Part shown: positions 58,507 to 64,000 of the stretch, one piece after another | Layout of the letters: every line of letters starts with the position of its first letter | Numbering within the stretch: the first letter of the stretch is position 1 | Assembly: GCA_965248755.1 (NCBI GenBank) | Contig: OZ252149.1 | Span: forward strand, 4,192,001 to 4,256,000 | Source: Candidatus Latescibacterota bacterium | Lineage (GTDB): Bacteria; Latescibacterota; CBDEFO01 | Direction: 5' to 3' | DNA: 64,000 bases | The notes under the pieces: model-generated | What the model was told of the DNA's origin: nothing | The model's database searches: none | Seen by the model: only the letters and a program-made list of their open reading frames with translations | Position numbers and translations under genes: made by a program

Positions 58507-59109
58507 AAATATTTGTCGCTCTGTCAAGGGGAGCGGTATGCCGCAGCGTCTTCTACTGTAAGAAAATACGATGCCGATGGCAGTAAAAAGACGACTTTCG
58601 GCAGAGTTTCGGCACCTTCGCCAAAAACAAGAGGATCAAAATGAAGTCCCACTTCGCGATCGAAGGCAACAGCGTCCTCATTCATGCCCCTAACTTTTGC
58701 TTCGGTACACCTATGAGCAAATTGGAAGTATTGTTTAACTTCCTCAGTTCTTGGCATGTATTAGAAAGTTTTCCTGGGCAGATGTCAAAAAGCTGACTAC
58801 AAAAGTTATGATCCATCGGAGGATGACACTGTTTGTTTAGGTTGGAAGACCGGTTAAGTTCTTTGGGTGAGACACATGGGAAAGGATTGATTCTTGTAAG
58901 AAAAAGAAGACTTTTCCTTGTTATCTGCTCAAAGATTTAGTATATTAATACATATCACCTATGAGCGGGGTAGAAATGTCTGAGGAGGATTTAAGTGAAA
59001 AAGTTTATTGTATTCGCTCTTAGTGGACCTGAAACGCTACCGGCCTCATTTACTATTCATGAAGAGCAGTTAATTCTACTTGCTGAAGAAGAAAAGAAAA
59101 CAGTCGAAT

Positions 59110-59270
59110 CCGTTGATCTTCCTACAGTTCAGAAACTTATGGGAGACAAGATCATCGAGATGACATTACACTATGCCCATCTTACCCCAGATCATCTAAA
59201 AGATTCTATCAATAAACTGAATCTTGGTGGACACTATTTGGAGGCCGAGCAAAAACTGGAGGGCAGGTAG
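59110..59270 (+). pseudogene. Tyrosine recombinase C-terminal remnant
   Basis: VDLPTVQKLMGDKIIEMTLHYAHLTPDHLK (box II with catalytic Tyr; conserved His replaced by Asp); preceded by unrelated sequence. Confidence 0.75.
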
Positions 59271-59316
59271 AAACAGGATACTATTACGTATACTGTTGAT
59301 AAACCACAACATACAG

Positions 59317-60414
59317 ATGGATGATCTAAAATCGTGGCTAACCCTATTTAACATTAAGGGTGTGGGACCGAACCGCTTTCGGGCTCTTGTAGGGAAGTTC
59401 GGATCTCCCGCGGCGGCTCTTGAGGCGAGCACTTCTGATCTGATGTCCGTGCCTACTATAGACGAAAAGATATCAGCCGCTATAAAGGGGTACAAAAACG
59501 AGGTGGAGATAGAAAGACAGATGGCGGCTATAGAAAAAAAGGGAGTTCGTTCTATCACGTGTTTCGATACAGATTATCCCGAGTTGCTGAAGAACATATA
59601 CGATCCTCCACCTATGCTGTTTGTGAAGGGAACTATAAAGCAGGAGGATTCCTCGGCAGTGGCTGTGGTAGGTACGCGCAACCCTAAGCGCTACGGGAAG
59701 ATGATGGCTGAAAAGCTGTCCAGGGAGCTAGCTGATGGGGGAATTACCGTAGTAAGCGGGCTTGCACGGGGAATAGACTCACTAGCGCACAAGGGTGCGC
59801 TGTCAAGAGGAGGACGGACAATAGGCGTGTTGGGTTGCGGCGTTGATGTGGTCTATCCCCCTGAACATAAGAAACTCTTTGAGGCCGTTATCGCTAATGG
59901 TGCCCTCATCTCCGAGTTTCCGATGGGGACAAGACCGGAAGCACCGAACTTCCCCCGCAGAAACAGAGTCATAAGCGGCATGAGTTTAGGTGTTGTGATA
60001 GTTCAGGCGCCGGCCAAAAGTGGAGCTCTTTTGACGGCTCGATACGCTCTGGATCAAAACAGGGAGGTATTTTCCGTACCAGGGAACGTGGACGATATGC
60101 AGAGCCGCGGGACAAATGGCCTCATTAAACAGGGGGCAAAGTTAGTAGAAGATGTAGAGGATATACTTGAGGAGATAAAGAGCTCCCTAAGGATGCCCAT
60201 AGAACCGAAGCCGCCTGTGCCTGATGACGTTGAGGAATTGGAACCTAATGAAAGGTCGGTGCTCCAGGCTCTGACGGACGAGCCAAAGCATATAGACGCC
60301 ATATGCAATCAGACTAGATTAGAACCATCTATTACCTTGGCTGCACTCTTATCATTAGAACTTTCGGGACTGGTAAGACAGCTTTCGGGGAAGATGTTTT
60401 TAAGACAAGTATAG
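59317..60414 (+). CDS. dprA: DNA-processing protein DprA
   Basis: YPELLKNIYDPPPMLFVKG, AVVGTR, VVSGLARGIDS, FPRRNRVISG, SGALLTA; C-terminal winged helix. Confidence 0.97.
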   Translation: MDDLKSWLTLFNIKGVGPNRFRALVGKFGSPAAALEASTSDLMSVPTIDEKISAAIKGYKNEVEIERQMAAIEKKGVRSITCFDTDYPELLKNIYDPPPMLFVKGTIKQEDSSAVAVVGTRNPKRYGKMMAEKLSRELADGGITVVSGLARGIDSLAHKGALSRGGRTIGVLGCGVDVVYPPEHKKLFEAVIANGALISEFPMGTRPEAPNFPRRNRVISGMSLGVVIVQAPAKSGALLTARYALDQNREVFSVPGNVDDMQSRGTNGLIKQGAKLVEDVEDILEEIKSSLRMPIEPKPPVPDDVEELEPNERSVLQALTDEPKHIDAICNQTRLEPSITLAALLSLELSGLVRQLSGKMFLRQV

Positions 60415-60431
60415 AAAGGAGAGCATACGGG

Positions 60432-60542
60432 ATGACTAAGACGCCGAGAAAATTGAGGATAAAAAAGAGAGCAAAGCAAAACGCCGCCGACAGGAGGGCT
60501 ACAAGAAAGGCAAGCAGAAAAAAGGTCAAAAGACAGTTGTGA
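60432..60542 (+). CDS. 36-aa highly basic small protein
   Basis: AAAGGAG RBS; MTKTPRKLRIKKRAKQNAADRRATRKASRKKVKRQL*; below the ORF-track size cutoff. Confidence 0.55.
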   Translation: MTKTPRKLRIKKRAKQNAADRRATRKASRKKVKRQL

Positions 60543-60589
60543 TTCCAAAGCCCTGCCGAAGTTGGCAACGCTCTCCTTTCTCTTCGGGC

Positions 60590-61123
60590 TTATTTCCACT
60601 TTATAGTGCAGCCAACAGCCTCCGTCTCAGTTACCGCAACTTCTGCTCCTGAAAGGACAGCGTCGATGGCGTTTCTGAGATCCGGGGATTTGATGCTGTC
60701 GGGGTCCTCCCAGTTGTCGTCAATTCTGCCTTGATAGCGCAGTGTGCGTTGGGAATCGAACAGGAACATCTCAGGAGTCCTCTCAGCTCCGTAGGCGGAG
60801 GCGGCACTCTGAGCTTCGTCTCTCAAATATGGAAAGTTGAAGCCCCTTTCCTCTGCCCGTATAACCATATTGTCGAAACCGTCTTCCGGGTGGTTCATAT
60901 CCTCGTTGGGGTTGATAGCTACAAGAGCCACACCATTGTCCTGGTAGTCTTTCTGTATGGCAATAATTCTCTCTTCGTATGCCTGCGCATAGGGACAGTG
61001 GTTGCAAGTGAATACCACGATTAACACTTCTTTATCCTTGAAATCGTCCATACTGTGATTCACCCCGTCCACACCGGGAAGATCAAAAGGCGGTGCTTTG
61101 TCGCCTATCTTCAGATCTGCCAT
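60590..61123 (-). CDS. Thioredoxin-fold (AhpC/TSA-like) protein
   Basis: GDKAPPFDLPG, FTCNHCPY, YQGRIDD, GCTIKW. Confidence 0.93.
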   Translation of the reverse strand: MADLKIGDKAPPFDLPGVDGVNHSMDDFKDKEVLIVVFTCNHCPYAQAYEERIIAIQKDYQDNGVALVAINPNEDMNHPEDGFDNMVIRAEERGFNFPYLRDEAQSAASAYGAERTPEMFLFDSQRTLRYQGRIDDNWEDPDSIKSPDLRNAIDAVLSGAEVAVTETEAVGCTIKWK

Positions 61124-61205
61124 GCTATTTTCCTTCCTTTATATGATTAAGCTCTGCTCGTGGCATCACTTAGGAAGAATCAGTATTAATGCTTCCGTTG
61201 CGATT

Positions 61206-62069
61206 TCATCTTAGTAGAACCATCTTTCTTGTGGCGGTAAAGTCCCCCGCTTTCAAGATGTAGAAATAGACTCCGCTCGCCACGCTCCTGCCCTCTTCAT
61301 CCAGACCGTTCCACACTAAAGAATAGCTTCCTGCGTCTGCCTGACCCTCCATAAGCTTCCTTACTGCCTGTCCGTTGATGTTGTAAATGACAAGCTTTGC
61401 CCTTGAGTCTTCGGGCACATCGTAAGCTATGGTGGTCTCGGGGTTGAAGGGATTGGGATAGTTCTGGGAGAGAGAATAGACGGTCGGTATATCCTGTGTG
61501 TCTTTGAAGCCTGACCGGGTCCGTCTGACGACGATCTGAACTGGATCCAGGGATTCTATCAGGTCAATGTCGTCTTTAGCGATCCCTTTAAGCTCTATTC
61601 TGGCGAGAGTGAAAGTGACCTCAGATCCTACGGGAAGTTCACCTGAAGGTATAAATGAGATTACCCCCAGAAGTCCCTCTCCAGAGGGAGCTGTCCTATG
61701 GTCGGGCTTCACAATGGCGTTGGCTACGATGACCCTGTTCTCCCTTTGCGTCTTCAAAGAGATGGGTGTTGCACCTCCCCTGGAGGATAGTATGTTGCGC
61801 TTCCCTTCACAAGATGCCAGCGTGGAAGGCTCGTTCCAGGAGAAAAGCTCGCTGTCATATAGGAGGTCTATGCGGTAAGCAGTCAGGTCAGATACGCCTT
61901 CTGCATAGACAGCCACATCTACAGTCTGCTGATTGGACTTATACAGATCGAGTCTCAGTGAGGCTGCGCTGTTTGTGCCTGCCATTGGCTCCGATATAGG
62001 CATCAGAGCGACAGTCAGAAGGATAGCTCCAATAACGATGACTCTGGATATCATGATTTCCTCCTCCAT
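61206..62069 (-). CDS. Secreted cohesin-like domain protein with FlgD-Ig/T9SS-like CTD
   Basis: Signal peptide; VDVAVYAEGVSDLTAYRIDLLYD..SGEGLLGVISF; LSQNYPNPFNPET..SGVYFY; start may be 62054. Confidence 0.8.
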   Translation of the reverse strand: MEEEIMISRVIVIGAILLTVALMPISEPMAGTNSAASLRLDLYKSNQQTVDVAVYAEGVSDLTAYRIDLLYDSELFSWNEPSTLASCEGKRNILSSRGGATPISLKTQRENRVIVANAIVKPDHRTAPSGEGLLGVISFIPSGELPVGSEVTFTLARIELKGIAKDDIDLIESLDPVQIVVRRTRSGFKDTQDIPTVYSLSQNYPNPFNPETTIAYDVPEDSRAKLVIYNINGQAVRKLMEGQADAGSYSLVWNGLDEEGRSVASGVYFYILKAGDFTATRKMVLLR

Positions 62070-62219
62070 TTAGGGTTGAATTGAGATTATGCTCGATCTT
62101 TGTGAGTATGTTTACTGATTATGTTTACAGTTCTTATGCGTACAATATACAATATAATCGCTCAAAAGCCAAATCTTTTTTTTCATCAGAGAATATTTAG
62201 TCAATATACAACCGTAAAG

Positions 62220-62912
62220 CTATCCTGTTTTGCCGAAGTTATCCAGAAAAAGGACAAAGTCGGAAAGGCCTACCTCTTCATCATTATCCAAATCAAATGT
62301 AGAATCCCAATTGGTAGAACTGGACGTCGTCCCGAACACATCCAGAAAAAGGACAAAGTCGGAAAGACCTACTTCATTGTCGCCGTCGAAGTCTCCTACA
62401 AGTCGGATGGCAGCGCCGTCTGAGCTGAGGAACTGTATTTCATAAATGACAGCGCCACCGACAACCTGGAAGCTGATGTTATCAATGGCAAATTCCGGCG
62501 AACCAGGGATATCGTACCAACCGGTGACTCCAGCGGGTACAACCGCCTCATGTCCGTAGAGCGACGTCAGCCCACCTACACGAAAGCCCTCCTCAGTGAA
62601 GCCCCCTCCTAAATAGCCGAATACTCTGTATTGGTACATCTCTCCGAGATAGACCCGGATAGTCTGAAGCCGTACAGTGTCAGGCCACGATACAGCCAAC
62701 AAACCGATCCAATCCCATACAAAAGCGGGAGCGTCCGGGTCAATATCGGGCGTGCGCCCATCGGTGAGTGAGGCTACATCGCCTGTCCAGGTGTTGTGCG
62801 TGGTGGCCATGGTAATTGCATCGGGGGTGATGTCTTTGGCAGAAAAGCTTCCTATGGTCGCGAGGATGATAGGAACTCCCACGATCACTAATATAAGGAT
62901 AATCTTATACAA
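62220..62912 (-). CDS. Secreted protein with C-terminal dockerin-like/EF-hand pair
   Basis: N-terminal hydrophobic segment; discoidin-like LTDG motif; GDFDGDNEVGLSDFVLFLDVFG and DLDNDEEVGLSDFVLFLDNFG. Confidence 0.78.
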   Translation of the reverse strand: MYKIILILVIVGVPIILATIGSFSAKDITPDAITMATTHNTWTGDVASLTDGRTPDIDPDAPAFVWDWIGLLAVSWPDTVRLQTIRVYLGEMYQYRVFGYLGGGFTEEGFRVGGLTSLYGHEAVVPAGVTGWYDIPGSPEFAIDNISFQVVGGAVIYEIQFLSSDGAAIRLVGDFDGDNEVGLSDFVLFLDVFGTTSSSTNWDSTFDLDNDEEVGLSDFVLFLDNFGKTG

Positions 62913-62997
62913 GGAGTTCTTATCCTATTCCCACTGACAGATTTGAGGAGGACTTTCCTGGTGCACTCAAAGAGAAAACCCTGAAGGTGAGAAAAGC

Positions 62998-64000
62998 TTA
63001 TGCCTTCCACTCTTCAAGCCATTTATACTTCTCCGGCAAGTAGTCTCCCTGGCTCTCGTCGGCTGCTTGAGCATAGATCTGCAAAAGTCGGATGTCCATC
63101 TCAGATAAGCCATCGCCCTGCGTCGCTCCTACGTTCTCTACAACTTCATCTATAGAATTCATCGCCGGGATCGTGCTGGCAATCTCCTTGGCTTCCAGGA
63201 TAAACCTCAATGCCGCCTGAGGGAGACTTGACTCGATGCCCTCTAGCTCCGCTAGAAGAGGATCTGAGGGCTCCAGGTTAAGCAAAGCTCCTCCGGCAAA
63301 TGGCTTGATCCCTATGAGCCCCAGGCCGGCTTCGCTGATCCGGGTGGCAAAGTCGGGCTCGTCACAAGGCTCGAAGAAGCAGTCGACAGTTTGCTGAGCG
63401 GCTTTCGGCGCTCGGTCAGCAGTCACTCCCGCCTTGATCTGTCCCCAGGAAGAGGCCTGAGCTGAGGTGACAGGAGATAATCTCCGATGCCGGAAGTTAT
63501 ACGGTAGGAACAGGTAGTCCAATTCCGGATTGTCGCTAAGTAGCTCCAGCAATCTTTTCTGATCGTGATTCGTTACCCCAATGGCCCTTATCTTGCCCTG
63601 CTCCTTGGCCTGCTGCAAAATTTTGAAACGCCCGGTCTCGCCGCGCGCGTCGCGATAGAGATCGATGTAATCGGTATTGAAGGTCTTCAAGGCAAATTCG
63701 ATCTCCCCCATGAGGTCGCTCTCCACGGCGACTAGAGATATTACGACATCTTGGCGCACCGGTCCCAACACCTCGCTCATCAGATCAAACTGATGATAAT
63801 TGTGCTCATAGATGTCGAAGAGGTTTATGCCTAACTCTAAGCCTTTTCTGATTACCGCTGCTCTCGCCTGGGGATCACCCCTTTTGTCTTGATTGAGATG
63901 AGATCCAAAGCCCATCTCTGAGACGCGGATTCCTGTTTTACCCAGTGTTCTATATTTCATGTCCCCTGAAGCAGTCGTAGAGCCGGAACTTGCAACAGCA
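62998..64000 (-). CDS. Aldo/keto reductase family protein (N-terminus probably extends beyond the window)
   Basis: YRTLGKTGIRVSEMGFG, GINLFD, TDYIDLY, GKIRAIGVTNH, IKPFAGG, AALRFIL; frame open upstream of M63960 to the window edge. Confidence 0.9.
   Translation of the reverse strand, partial: AVASSGSTTASGDMKYRTLGKTGIRVSEMGFGSHLNQDKRGDPQARAAVIRKGLELGINLFDIYEHNYHQFDLMSEVLGPVRQDVVISLVAVESDLMGEIEFALKTFNTDYIDLYRDARGETGRFKILQQAKEQGKIRAIGVTNHDQKRLLELLSDNPELDYLFLPYNFRHRRLSPVTSAQASSWGQIKAGVTADRAPKAAQQTVDCFFEPCDEPDFATRISEAGLGLIGIKPFAGGALLNLEPSDPLLAELEGIESSLPQAALRFILEAKEIASTIPAMNSIDEVVENVGATQGDGLSEMDIRLLQIYAQAADESQGDYLPEKYKWLEEWKA

Noticed and set aside
58524..58757. 77-aa minus-strand ORF
   Set aside because: No recognisable motif; lies among mobile-element debris.

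Overview
Bacterial chromosomal window. The FlgD-Ig/T9SS-like C-terminal tags, dockerin/cohesin modules and an SWGxIK motif point to the FCB superphylum, plausibly Latescibacterota/KSB1 (inference). Housekeeping genes sit at both ends: purL, icd, yihY, degP/htrA and tRNA-Asp on the left; dprA and a thioredoxin-fold gene on the right. Between them lies about 50 kb of accessory, visibly decaying DNA. The best candidate for an undescribed system is an 8-gene operon (15.8-27.0 kb, minus strand): TolC-like channel, two paralogous 'inverted adaptors' (N-terminal helical hairpin, Ig/NEW3 domains, C-terminal TM anchor), two HEAT-TPR-CBM9-like lipoproteins, two ABC-2 permeases and one ATPase. Other main items: a ~2030-aa surface protein with 19 tandem DTDPG repeats plus dockerin, cohesin and CTD, paired with a beta-helix protein; an adjacent cohesin/dockerin gene pair; one intact IS1380 and two orphan IS1380 ends; a solitary integron attC; a probable group II intron fragment; two homologous orphan integrase att arms; a ~22-nt palindrome found in five contexts; a DUF2946-like CxxC/RSPP leader peptide; an AT-rich GaaA-like reductase; and many nonsense, frameshift and deletion-fusion scars. 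No CRISPR array, rRNA or reverse transcriptase was seen. All family assignments come from motif recognition by eye, not database searches.
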